Source: Macrostomum lignano (lineage: Eukaryota). Taken from it: a DNA stretch of 64,000 nucleotides. Shown here in pieces: positions 1-10,692 of the stretch. The notes under the pieces are model-generated. The model saw only the letters and a list, made by a program, of their open reading frames with translations. It did not search any database and was not told where the DNA came from. Numbering within the stretch: position 1 is the stretch's first letter; each line of letters opens with the position of its first letter. The position numbers were made by a program, and so were the translations under genes. The stretch lies in contig NIVC01002073.1 of NCBI GenBank assembly GCA_002269645.1, forward strand, positions 1 to 64,000, given 5' to 3'.

Positions 1-31
1 TCCGACGCGCTATCCATTGCGCCACTGGGGC
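1..31 (-). tRNA. tRNA-Arg(UCU), 5' part only (cut by window start)
   Basis: Reverse complement GCCCCAGTGGCGCAATGGATAGCGCGTCGGA is identical to the 5' 31 nt of the full copies at 6005, 11925 and 15663. Confidence 0.85.
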
Positions 32-307
32 TGGTGTTAATCCGTTCCCATTGCAGTATTTGAGATTTAACTGTGAATTTCAGTGAGCTCACACAGCAGG
101 TGTTTAAAGTGAAATGAAGTTGTGCAAGCCAGTTGAGAGCCTTGGGATTGGAGGAGGGAGAGGTCACAGATCTGTGCTTACAAGTGATGCCAAATGAACT
201 GTGAATGAAAAATATCAATAAAAAATATATTCATCCCCTCTTTTATCTCCCTTTATTCTCTTTCCCCTCCTCTTTTCAGTTCCCCTTTGCCTTTTCTCCC
301 CTTCCTG

Positions 308-750
308 GGTCTCATGTCTACCCCCTAATCTCTGTCCTGTACTGTCTCATGTCTACCCTCTCCTCTCTGCCCTGTGCTGTCTCATGTCTACCCTCTCCTC
401 TCTGCTCTGTGCTGTCTCATGTCTACCCCTCCTCTCTGCCCTGTGCTGTCTCATGTCTACCGTCTCCTCTCTGCTCTGTGCTGTCTCATGTCTATCCTCT
501 CCTCTCTGCCCTGTGCTGTCTCATGTCTACCCTCTCCTCTCTGCCCTGTGCTGTCTCATGTCTACCCCTCCTCTCTGCTCTGGGCTGTCTCATGTCTACC
601 CTCTTCTCTCTGCCCTGTCTGTCTCATGTCTACCCCCTCCTCTCTGCTCTGGCTGTCTCATGTCTACCCTCTCCTCTCTGCCCGTGCTGTCTCATGTCTA
701 CCCTCTCCTCTCTGCCCGTGCTGTCTCATGTCTACCCTCTCCTCTCTCTG
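308..750. repeat. 33-35-bp CT-rich minisatellite (tgtgctgtctcatgtctaccctctcctctctgccc)
   Basis: Tandem units read directly; the same unit recurs at 12155-12600. Confidence 0.95.
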
Positions 751-789
751 CCTGCATCACAAAACCCAAAGATCCTTCACTCACCTCCC

Positions 790-940
790 TCAGCCCCCTC
801 ACCCAATTCGAATCCCAAAGCTCCTCGTCCCGGCAAGGCTGCCCGAATCGCTCCGGTAGCTCCAGCCCCACCGGACCCACCCGCCTCTCGCCCTCGAGTT
901 TCGCACCTCTGTGGGGCCGCCGCCCGGCAACCGACAGCCA
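790..940 (+). repeat. Dispersed GC-rich element, diverged copy 1 of 3
   Basis: cagccccctcacccaattcgaatcccaaa...ggcaaccgacagc matches 7478-7625 and 12642-12805. Confidence 0.7.
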
Positions 941-2295
941 AAGCGGTGCGGTCCGCTGTGCAGCAGCTGGAGACACCTGGGAGCAGCCCATGATGCAGCG
1001 AGATGCTCAGGCCGGCTCAGCTCTCCAGGTGTTCGCACAGCCCAGTTGACTTGTGCAGATTCGCCTGGCAACCAGCGGAGATGCCGAGCCGAACTGGGTG
1101 CGCCGGTTGCTGGGATGGGCAGGGAGGCCTGCAGCCAGAGCCTGGGGTGCCAGCCCTTCTCCAAAGCCGCAATTCAGACACCAGCATGGACTGACTGCAG
1201 ATTTAAGATGCGCGAGTTTGCAGTTGTTGCGACTTCGATTTTAGGGAATCTGCATTGGTTTTATAGCTGAATAAATTCTCGCATCTGGGTACGGCATTTT
1301 GTTATCGGAATCTTGAATCCATTAGAGCCCTTAATCTACTGTCTATCCTCTACCTCTCCCACTCTCCACTCTACCTCTCCGCTCTACCTCTCCGCTCTAC
1401 CCTCTTCGCTCTCTCTACTCTTTCCACTCTCCACTCTACCCTCTCCGCTCTACAGTCTCCGCTCTACCCTCTACCCACATCTACCAGCAACTGTCTACTC
1501 TGCTCACATTTCCGTCCTTTTAATTTCCCGCGGCAGTCCGCGGGGAAGCGAGGCAGTGAGCGGCACAGCCTCAGTTGAAATGCGTGAATAAAGAGGGACA
1601 GGCATTTGCAGAATCGCTGCAGCTCAGTCAGTATACCGAATTTGGGGCGGAACTCCGGAGCCCCACCACTCCAGCTGCTGTTGTTTTTGTAGTAATTCTG
1701 TTGGTCTTTCATCACCCAATTGTGATCAGCCTCCTTGGAATTTCGCACCTTGAAATGACTCGATGATGCATAACCAGCTTCCCACTCGCATTTAAGCTGA
1801 ATTCGGCCTCACAGCAGGGGATTCTGCGCTGATCCCCATTTCAAGTTTTGGTTCAAGTCGGTCCGAAAGTGTGTGAAAATGTGTGATGTTTGATGCAGTG
1901 TAGTCTATAGCTGCTGAGATGCCCATGGCTTGAGGAGTCTACGCCACCTTCAGAGTCCAACAATAGTGCCTAAGCGTACAAGGGGATTAAGATCGCCCGA
2001 AATGCTGCTCACACCTCTGCAGTGCAGCGGAGCACATTAACCGGCTGTGTTGGTCCTTAAAACTGCTGCCAATCTCGTGCCTACAGTTGCTCAGAGTCAG
2101 AGGTGTTACCGATTTCACACTTTCGACTCGTGACCAAATTATTGAGCATGTTTGAGTTGACTCCAGCTTAATTTCTTGAGTCTAATAGTGAAACAGCTGC
2201 TCAAGACTTTCTGCTACTCACCATTGAAGTCTCCGCTTTCAGCAGGCAAAGCAATTCAGAATTAAAGTTCAAAACTCGCTTGTTCGACTACCGAA

Positions 2296-2367
2296 GCCCC
2301 AGTGGCGCAATGGATAGCGCGTCGGACTTCTAATCCGAGGTTGAGGGTTAGAGTCCCTCCTGGGGTA
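2296..2367 (+). pseudogene. Degenerate tRNA-Arg(UCU) copy
   Basis: Identical to the other copies except a 1-nt deletion at the 3' side of the anticodon stem (taatccgagg vs taatccggagg) and GGTTAGAGTCC instead of GGTTCGAGTCC in the T-loop/B-box. Confidence 0.75.
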
Positions 2368-2378
2368 CTGAGTGCTAC

Positions 2379-2384
2379 TTTTTT
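2379..2384 (+). terminator. Pol III oligo-T terminator of the tRNA copy at 2296
   Basis: T6 run 11 nt after the tRNA 3' end; equivalent A-runs lie beside the minus-strand copies at about 11836-11841 and 15574-15579. Confidence 0.7.
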
Positions 2385-2767
2385 GCTTGTGAATTAAAGC
2401 ATAACTCTGTTTTGTGAATAGTAGATTGTCGCGCCATCGCCATCCCACAGCCGAGTCTCACAGCTTGCAAACTCCCTGAGAAATCAACAGGTAGGTATTA
2501 GCATGAGTTGCTGGGGCAATTATCAATAAATTTCCATAAATTCAATTCTAATTTCATTTCAATATGATTTCTGTAGTGCTGCTATAAGTAGCTCATTGCG
2601 CACATCTTCAACCACTATGAATGCAAAGTAAAGAAAATGTGGAACTCTGATTTACAAATAGTTGATCAGTCTGTACAATGGCAGAAAATATTTCTGGCAG
2701 TTTTGTGTTTTGTACATTGAAAGCGGGCTTTGACACGGAAGCGCCAGCAAAAGCAACAGTTGCAGAA

Positions 2768-3118
2768 GAAACAAGCAAAAGACAAAAACAAGCAAAATAC
2801 AAAAACAAGCAAAAGACAAAAACAAGCAAAAGACAAAAACAAGCAAAAGACAAAAACAAGCAAAAGGCAAAAACAGGCAGAAGACAAAAACAAGCAAAAG
2901 ACAAAAACAAGCAAAAGGCAAAAACAGGCAGAAGACAAAAACAAGCAAAAGACAAAAACAAGCAAAAGGCAAAAACAGGCAAAAGGCAAAAACAGGCAGA
3001 AGACAAAAACAAGCAAAAGACAAAAACAAGCAAAAGACAAAAACAAGCAAAAGACAAAAACAATCAAAAGACAAAAACAGGCAGAAGACAAAAACAAGCA
3101 AAAGACAAAAACAAGCAA
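2768..3118. repeat. 17-bp minisatellite (aagcaaaagacaaaaac) directly 3' of zinc-finger copy 1
   Basis: Tandem units; reverse complement of the array at 10693-11510. Confidence 0.95.
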
Positions 3119-3119
3119 C

Positions 3120-3860
3120 TCATGCTCGAGCTCGCCTGCACACCAGGTTGTGCTTCCTGGCGCTGCCGGCCCGAATGAAGACCCTGCCACAGCTGCCGCA
3201 GCCGAAGGAGCGCCTGACACCGGCTAAGAGCAGCTGCTGGTTCACGTGACTGATCACGTGACGCTGCCGTTCTGACAGCTTCGGCGTCGGCCGAATCGGC
3301 CGCAGCGGCGGCAGCAGCACGGAGCAGTCGGCGCAGAGCTCGCAGTTCCCGTCGACGTCAACGTGGCGAGCGATGTGGCGCTGCAGCCGCGCCACGCTGG
3401 CCGCCACCGTCCCGGAGCAGCGAGGTAGGCAGCAGGTCAGGGAGCCGCGCTTTGAACCGCAGCTTCGCGGCGTCGGCGATGGCACCGGGAACGGCATCGG
3501 CGTTGACGCTGGCGGAGGCAGCTGGGATGTCGGAGGCATCGGCATTGTCGGAGGCATCGGCATTGTCGGAGACATCGGCATTGTCGGAGACATCGGCATT
3601 GTCGGAGGCATCGGCATTTTCGGAGGCATCGGCATTGTCGGAGGCATCAGCATTGTCGGAGGCATTGACATTGTCGGAGACATCGGCGTGGGGAAGAATC
3701 CGGACATCAACGAGGCCATCAGTGGTGATGAGCTCGATGGCTTCAAGAGGCATCGTGACGTCAGCGAGCAGTTCATTGAGCGCGTCGGCGAGGACGACAG
3801 CGAGGACATCTGCGGGGACCTCAGCGAGGCCAGCAGCGGTGATGAGCTTGGCGGCTGCAT
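3120..3860 (-). CDS. Intronless C2H2/C2HC zinc-finger protein, copy 1 (about 246 aa), with PPTMPM repeat
   Basis: C-terminus has CCLPRC-x13-HIARH, CELCADC...HVISH and F-x-C-x2-C-x3-F-x8-H-x3-C (FGCGSCGRVFIRAGSARKHNLVC). Start placed at the first ATG downstream of the TATA box rather than at 4037. Inverted paralog at 9814-10692. Confidence 0.7.
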   Translation of the reverse strand: MQPPSSSPLLASLRSPQMSSLSSSPTRSMNCSLTSRCLLKPSSSSPLMASLMSGFFPTPMSPTMSMPPTMLMPPTMPMPPKMPMPPTMPMSPTMPMSPTMPMPPTMPMPPTSQLPPPASTPMPFPVPSPTPRSCGSKRGSLTCCLPRCSGTVAASVARLQRHIARHVDVDGNCELCADCSVLLPPLRPIRPTPKLSERQRHVISHVNQQLLLAGVRRSFGCGSCGRVFIRAGSARKHNLVCRRARA

Positions 3861-3945
3861 GACCGATTGTGCAGAGTTATTGACGAGCAGCAGTTGGATG
3901 GCAAGCGAATGCTTTGAGAGATTCGAGGCCAGCAGCGCAGGCTGG

Positions 3946-4040
3946 TTATATAGTCTTTGTCTCACTGAGCCCCGCCTCATCTCCCGCCAATGGGAAGCTG
4001 AGCTCGGATAAGCTGGGCTATGATGCCCTCCTGTCATTGG
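3946..4040 (-). promoter_or_regulatory. CCAAT, GC box and TATATAA promoter of zinc-finger copy 1
   Basis: Minus-strand CCAAT at 4036-4040, GAGGCGGGG, and TATATAA at 3946-3952; conserved in copy 2. Confidence 0.55.
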
Positions 4041-4204
4041 CTGAGGCGGTCAATCACTCAGATATGTTGAGTTCATGCCATGTTGTCAAGAATCAAGATG
4101 CAGAGCTGACACTCGAATTTAAAGCCCTGCTTCGATTGCATCAAAATCAGTCAGTCAGTCTGAACCCTCTCTACCCTCCTCTGAACAATCTCAACATCTG
4201 CTAA

Positions 4205-5750
4205 GTCCTCTCCCTGCACTCCTGAGCCCTCTCCCTACTCTCCTGAGCCCTCTCCCTACTCTCCTGAGCCTTTTCCCTGCTCTCCTGAGCCCTCTCCCTG
4301 CTCTCCTGAGCCCTCTCCCTGCTCTCCTGAGCCCTCTCCCTGCTCTCCTGAGCCTTTTCCCTGCTCTCCTGAGCCTTTTCCCTGCTCTCCTGATCCCTCT
4401 CCCTGCTCTCCTGAGCCTTTTCCCTGCTCTCCTGAGCCCTCTCCCTACTCTCCCGAGCCCTCTCCCTGCTTTCCTGAGCCCTCTCCCTACTCTCCTGAGC
4501 CCTCTCCCTACTCTCCTGAGCCTTTTCCCTGCTCTCCTGAGCCCTCTCCCTACTCTCCTGAGCCCTCTCCCTGCTCTCCTGAGCCCTCTCCCTGCTCTCC
4601 TGATCCCTCTCCCTGCTCTCCTGAGCCTTTTCCCTGCTCTCCTGATCCCTCTCCCTGCTCTCCTGAGCCTTTTCCCTGCTCTCCTGATCCCTCTCCCTGC
4701 TCTCCTGAGCCTTTTCCCTGCTCTCCTGATCCCTCTCCCTGCTCTCCTGAGCCTTTTCCCTGCTCTCCTGATCCCTCTCCCTGCTCTCCTGAGCCTTTTC
4801 CCTGCTCTCCTGATCCCTCTCCCTGCTCTCCTGAGCCTTTTCCCTGCTCTCCTGATCCCTCTCCCTGCTCTCCTGATCCCTCTCCCTGCTCTCCTGAGCC
4901 TTTTCCCTGCTCTCCTGATCCCTCTCCCTGCTCTCCTGATCCCTCTCCCTGCTCTCCTGATCCCTCTCCCTGCTCTCCTGAGCCCTCTCCCTGCTCTCCT
5001 GAGCCTTTTCCCTGCTCTCCTGATCCCTCTCCCTGCTCTCCTGATCCCTCTCCCTGCTCTCCTGAGCCTTTTCCCTGCTCTCCTGATCCCTCTCCCTGCT
5101 CTCCTGAGCCTTTTCCCTGCTCTCCTGATCCCTCTCCCTGCTCTCCTGAGCCTTTTCCCTGCTCTCCTGATCCCTCTCCCTGCTCTCCTGATCCCTCTCC
5201 CTGCTCTCCTGAGCCTTTTCCCTGCTCTCCTGATCCCTCTCCCTGCTCTCCTGAGCCTTTTCCCTGCTCTCCTGATCCCTCTCCCTGCTCTCCTGATCCC
5301 TCCCTGCTCTCCTGAGCCCTCTCCCTGCTCTCCTGAGCCTTTTCCCTGCTCTCCTGATCCCTCTCCCTGCTCTCCTGATCCCTCTCCCTGCTCTCCTGAG
5401 CCTTTTCCCTGCTCTCCTGATCCCTCTCCCTGCTCTCCTGATCCCTCTCCCTGCTCTCCTGATCCCTCTCCCTGCTCTCCTGAGCCCTCTCCCTGCTCTC
5501 CTGATCCCTCTCCCTGCTCTCCTGAGCCTTTTCCCTGCTCTCCTGATCCCTCTCCCTGCTCTCCTGATCCCTCTCCCTGCTCTCCTGAGCCTTTTCCCTG
5601 CTCTCCTGATCCCTCTCCCTGCTCTCCTGAGCCTTTTCCCTGCTCTCCTGATCCCTCTCCCTGCTCTCCTGAGCCTTTTCCCTGCTCTCCTGAGCCTTTT
5701 CCCTGCTCTCCTGAGCCTTTTCCCTGCTCTCCTGAGCCTTTTCCCTGCTC
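4205..5750. repeat. 21-bp CT-rich minisatellite (ctctcctgagccctctccctg and variants)
   Basis: About 1.5 kb of tandem units; source of the spurious GSGEQGK ORF. Confidence 0.95.
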
Positions 5751-6004
5751 CAACCGGTTGTACCGGTAAATAATGTAAACAGTAGAGGTTTTGGAGATAA
5801 AGAGACTGAACGCAGCAGTCAGTGAGAAGTCAGCACGCACGGGCAGAGGTCTTGAAGGCGAAAGTGCCAGTGTGCAGAAGTGCCATGAGATAAGCAGAGG
5901 GAAGGCCATGGTAAGGCAGGCAGGCTTGTAGCAGACCAGCTTGTTTACAAACCAATTTTCTGCGCGAGAATAAAACTCGGATTTAAAATTTCAGCCACCA
6001 GGCA

Positions 6005-6077
6005 GCCCCAGTGGCGCAATGGATAGCGCGTCGGACTTCTAATCCGGAGGTTGAGGGTTCGAGTCCCTCCTGGGGTG
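6005..6077 (+). tRNA. tRNA-Arg(UCU), intact, intronless
   Basis: 73 nt; acceptor stem GCCCCAG/CTGGGGT, A-box TGGCGCAATGG, anticodon loop CTTCTAA, B-box GGTTCGAGTCC, downstream T5. Confidence 0.95.
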
Positions 6078-6171
6078 TGTTATGTTAATTTTTGCACCAG
6101 ATATATTATTACTAGCAATTATTTCCTCTTAATATTTTCAGTAAATTTTGTTAAGTGAGTAAGTCGGTGCA

Positions 6172-7177
6172 TTCACGAGTGAGTTCATGAGTGAGTTCAT
6201 GAGTGAGTTCATGAGTGAGTTCATGAGTGAGTTCATGAGTGAGTTCATGAGTGAGTTCATGAGTGAGTTCATGAGTGAGTTCATGAGTGAGTTCATGAGT
6301 GAGTTCATGAGTGAGTTCATGAGTGAGTTCATGAGTGAGTTCATGAGTGAGTTCATGAGTGAGTTCATGAGTGAGTTCATGAGTGAGTTCATGAGTGAGT
6401 TCATGAGTGAGTTCATGAGTGAGTTCATGAGTGAGTTCATGAGTGAGTTCATGAGTGAGTTCATGAGTGAGTTCATGAGTGAGTTCATGAGTGAGTTCAT
6501 GAGTGAGTTCATGAGTGAGTTCATGAGTGAGTTCATGAGTGAGTTCATGAGTGAGTTCATGAGTGAGTTCATGAGTGAGTTCATGAGTGAGTTCATGAGT
6601 GAGTTCATGAGTGAGTTCATGAGTGAGTTCATGAGTGAGTTCATGAGTGAGTTCATGAGTGAGTTCATGAGTGAGTTCATGAGTGAGTTCATGAGTGAGT
6701 TCATGAGTGAGTTCATGAGTGAGTTCATGAGTGAGTTCATGAGTGAGTTCATGAGTGAGTTCATGAGTGAGTTCATGAGTGAGTTCATGAGTGAGTTCAT
6801 GAGTGAGTTCATGAGTGAGTTCATGAGTGAGTTCATGAGTGAGTTCATGAGTCAGTTCATGAGTCAGTTCATGAGTGAGTTCATGAGTGAGTTCATGAGT
6901 GAGTTCATGAGTGAGTTCATGAGTGAGTTCATGAGTGAGTTCATGAGTGAGTTCATGAGTGAGTTCATGAGTGAGTTCATGAGTGAGTTCATGAGTGAGT
7001 TCATGAGTGAGCTCATGAGTGAGTTCATGAGGGAGTTCATGAGTGAGTTCATGAGTGAGTTCATGAGTGAGTTCATGAGTGAGTTCATGAGTGAGTTCAT
7101 GAGTGAGTTCATGAGTGAGTTCATGAGTGAGTTCATGGGTGAGTTCTTGAGTGAGTTCATGAGTGAGTTCGTGAGTC
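6172..7177. repeat. Near-perfect 12-bp minisatellite (gagtgagttcat), about 83 units
   Basis: Columns align in the 60-nt lines; variant units occur mainly in the right third. Confidence 0.97.
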
Positions 7178-7204
7178 ACTAAGCGAGTAAGCGATTTCCG
7201 CTCT

Positions 7205-7370
7205 TCCCTCTACCCTCTCCACCTTAGACTCTACTCTCTGCTATCCACTTTACCCTCTACCCTCTACCCTCTCCACCTTAGACTCTACTCTCTGCTATCC
7301 ACTTTACCCTCTACCCTCTCCACCTTAGACTCTACTCTCTGCTATCCACTTTACCCTCTACCCTCTACCT
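7205..7370. repeat. About 46-53-bp CT-rich unit, 3 copies
   Basis: ctctccaccttagactctactctctgctatccactttaccctctac repeated three times. Confidence 0.85.
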
Positions 7371-7477
7371 CGATCATAACTCCACCATCCACCATCTGAC
7401 CTCCGAAATCCGCCCCTTTGCCCATCCGCTCATTCCTTGAAGATTCCGCTGAACTCCTCCTCGCCCCCAGAGCCTCA

Positions 7478-7625
7478 GCTCAGCCCCCTCACTCAACTCG
7501 AATCCCAAACGTACTCGGGCCCGGCATGGCAACCCGGATCGCTCGAGTCGCTCCAGCAGCCGCAGCCACCTGGGCTGGCCGAGCTCGAAAACCGCTCCGA
7601 AACCGCTTGGCAACGGACAGCTTGC
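7478..7625 (+). repeat. Dispersed GC-rich element, copy 2 of 3
   Basis: Close match to 12642-12805 (gggcccggcatggcaacccggatcgctcgagtcgctccagcagccgcagccacctgggctggccga). Confidence 0.8.
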
Positions 7626-7665
7626 CAAGTGGAGAGAGGAGGGAACTCAGTGGAGAGTGTAGAGG

Positions 7666-8067
7666 GTCACTCACTCACTCACTCACTCACTCACTCACTC
7701 ACACACTCACTCACTCACTCACTCACTCACTCACTCACTCACTCACTCACTCACTCACTCACTCACTCACTCACTCACTCACTCACTCACTCACTCGCTC
7801 ACTCACTCACTCACTCACTCACTCACTCACTCACTCACTCACTCACTCACTCACTCACTCCCTCACTCACTCACTCACTCACTCACTCACTCACTCACTC
7901 ACTCACTCACTCACTCACTCACTCACACTCACTCGATCACTCACTCAATCACTCACTCACTCACTCACTCACTCACTCACTCACTCACTCACTCACTCAC
8001 TCACTCACTCACTCACTCACACTCACTCACTCATTCACTCACTCACTTTCTCACTTACTCACTTACT
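7666..8067. repeat. (ACTC)n microsatellite
   Basis: Read directly. Confidence 0.97.
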
Positions 8068-8298
8068 GAGCTGAGAGCTGAGCTGAGAAATCGGTCAGCA
8101 GCCGAGTTGGTCTCATACTCAATGAGTACCCGATGGGCCACAGCTCAAAGCTCAGCTGAGCACAGACAGATCACTATCAAACCAACACCCTGCTCAACTT
8201 AAAGTCAGATTGGAAGCATAAAGAAGCTGTTAAACAACACTGAGGAGCCCTACTGTGAAGCGCAGTCTGACTGACTGTGACGCAATCTATCTCTCTAG

Positions 8299-9302
8299 CC
8301 CTGTCACTCTCCCAGCCTGTCACTCTCCCAGCCTGTCACTCTCCCAGCCTGTCACTCTCCCAGCCTGTCACTCTCCCAGCCTGTCACTCTCCCAGCCTGT
8401 CACTCTCCCAGCCTGTCACTCTCCCAGCCTGTCACTCTCCCAGCCTGTCACTCTCCCAGCCTGTCACTCTCCCAGCCTGTCACTCTCCCAGCCTGTCACT
8501 CTCCCAGCCTGTCACTCTCCCAGCCTGTCACTCTCCCACCCTGTCACTCTCCCACCCTGTCACTCTCCCAGCCTGTCACTCTCCCACCCAGTCACTCTCC
8601 CAGCCTGTCACTCTCCCAGCCTGTCACTCTCCCAGCCTGTCACTCTCCCAGCCTGTCACTCTCCCAGCCTGTCACTCTCCCACCCTGTCACTCTCCCACC
8701 CTGTCACTCTCCCACCCTGTCACTCTCCCACCCTGTCATTCTCTCCCACCCTGTCACTCTCCCACCCTGTCACTCTCCCACCCTGTCACTCTCCCACCCT
8801 GTCACTCTCCCACCCTGTCACTCTCCCAGCCTGTCACTCTCCCACCCAGTCACTCTCCCAGCCTGTCACTCTCCCAGCCTGTCACTCTCCCAGCCTGTCA
8901 CTCTCCCAGCCTGTCACTCTCCCAGCCTGTCACTCTCCCACCCTGTCACTCTCCCAGCCTGTCACTCTCCCAGCCTGTCACTCTCCCACCCTGTCACTCT
9001 CCCACCCTGTCACTCTCCCACCCTGTCACTCTCCCAGCCTGTCACTCTCCCACCCAGTCACTCTCCCCCCTGTCACTCTCCCACCCTGTCACTCTCCCAG
9101 CCTGTCACTCTCCCACCCTGTCACTCTCCCACCCTGTCACTCTCCCACCCTGTCACTCTCCCACCCTATCACTCTCCCACCCTGTCACTCTCCCACCCTG
9201 TCACTCTCCCACCCTGTCATTCTCCCACCCTGTCACTCTCCCACCCTGTCACTCTCCCAGCCTGTCACTCTCCCACCCTGTCACTCTCCCACCCTGTCAC
9301 TC
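8299..9302. repeat. 16-bp minisatellite (ctgtcactctccca[g/c]c)
   Basis: About 1 kb of tandem units in two main variants. Confidence 0.95.
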
Positions 9303-9633
9303 TCTCCAAACCTGGCACTCTCTTCCACCTGAGACAAGAGAGAGGAAACTTGGGAGAGGAGAGACATGGAGATAAAAGCTAAAAAGTATTGAAGGAAATC
9401 CGGAAGGAATTTGGATGGGATGGGATGAATTCAAACGCAAGAAGCAAACTCCCTTTAATTCAAGATTTCATTCGCCTCGCAATTTCGACAATTTTCAACA
9501 ATGATAATTAATAAATGAAATACTCGAATCAGCTCAATCAGCCGTATGCTTTCATCCCAACAACAAACAGCGGATGCAGTCGAGATGACAGCATGGCATG
9601 AACTCAACATATCTGAGTGATTGACCGCCTCAG

Positions 9634-9728
9634 CCAATGACAGGAGGGCATCATAGCCCAGCTAATCCGAGTTCAGCTTCCCATTGGCGGGAGATGAGGC
9701 GGGGCTCAGTGAGACAAAGACTATATAA
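9634..9728 (+). promoter_or_regulatory. CCAAT, GC box and TATATAA promoter of zinc-finger copy 2
   Basis: CCAAT at 9634-9638, gaggcgggg near 9697, TATATAA at 9722-9728; the first downstream ATG (9814) is in the zinc-finger frame. Confidence 0.55.
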
Positions 9729-9813
9729 CCAGCCTGCGCTGCTGGCCTCAAATCTCTCAAAGCATTCGCTTGCCATCCAACTGCTGCTCGTCAATAACTC
9801 TGCACAATCGGTC

Positions 9814-10692
9814 ATGCAGCCGCCAAGCTCATCACCGCTGCTGGCCTCGCTGAGGTCCCCGCAGATGTCCTCGCTGTCGTCCTCGCCGATGGCCTCGCTG
9901 AGGTCCCCGCAGATGTCCTCGCTGACGTACTCGCCGACGGGCTCAATGAACTGCTCGCTGACGTCCCAATGCCTCTTGAAGCCATCGAGCTCATCACCGC
10001 AAATGGCCTGGTTGACGTCCCGATTCTTCCCCACGCCGATGCCTCCGACAATGCCGATGCCTCCGACAATGCCGATGCCTTCGACAATGCCGATGCCTCC
10101 GACAATGCCGATGCCTCCGACAATGCCGATGCCTCCGACAATGCCGATGCCTTCGACAATGCCGATGCCTCCGACAATGCCGATGCCTCCGACAATGCCA
10201 ATGCCTCCGACAATGCCGATGCCTCCGACAATGCCGATGCCTCCGACAATGCCGATGCCTCCGACAATGCCGATGCCTCCGACATCCCAGCTGCCTCCGC
10301 CAGCGTCAACGCCGATGCCGTTCCCGGTGCCATCGCCGACGCCGCGAAGCTGCGGTTCAAAGCGCGGCTCCCTGACCTGCTGCCTACCTCGCTGCTCCGG
10401 GACGGTGGCGGCCAGCGTGGCGCGGCTGCAGCGCCACATCGCTCGCCACGTTGACGTCGACGGGAACTGCGAGCTCTGCGCCGACTGCTCCGTGCTGCTG
10501 CCGCCGCTGCGGCCGATTCGGCCGACGCCGAAGCTGTCAGAACGGCAGCGTCACGTGATCAGTCACGTGAACCAGCAGCTGCTCTTAGCCGGTGTCAGGC
10601 GCTCCTTCGGCTGCGGCAGCTGCGGCAGGGTCTTCATTCGGGCCGGCAGCGCCAGGAAGCACAACCTGGTGTGCAGGCGAGCTCGAGCATGA
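9814..10692 (+). CDS. Intronless C2H2/C2HC zinc-finger protein, copy 2 (about 292 aa), longer PPTMPM tract
   Basis: Same three finger-like motifs as copy 1. The finger region is protein-identical between copies with a synonymous TGT/TGC difference, and all inter-copy indels are multiples of 3. Confidence 0.72.
   Translation: MQPPSSSPLLASLRSPQMSSLSSSPMASLRSPQMSSLTYSPTGSMNCSLTSQCLLKPSSSSPQMAWLTSRFFPTPMPPTMPMPPTMPMPSTMPMPPTMPMPPTMPMPPTMPMPSTMPMPPTMPMPPTMPMPPTMPMPPTMPMPPTMPMPPTMPMPPTSQLPPPASTPMPFPVPSPTPRSCGSKRGSLTCCLPRCSGTVAASVARLQRHIARHVDVDGNCELCADCSVLLPPLRPIRPTPKLSERQRHVISHVNQQLLLAGVRRSFGCGSCGRVFIRAGSARKHNLVCRRARA

Noticed and set aside
9637-9813. ORF-track starts at 9637 and 4037 for the zinc-finger genes
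   Set aside because: That ATG overlaps the CCAAT box and lies upstream of the TATA box; 9814 and 3860 are more plausible.
10367-10375. CCC-TGA antizyme-like +1 frameshift site
   Set aside because: It is in the third frame, and a +1 shift there would not enter the zinc-finger frame.
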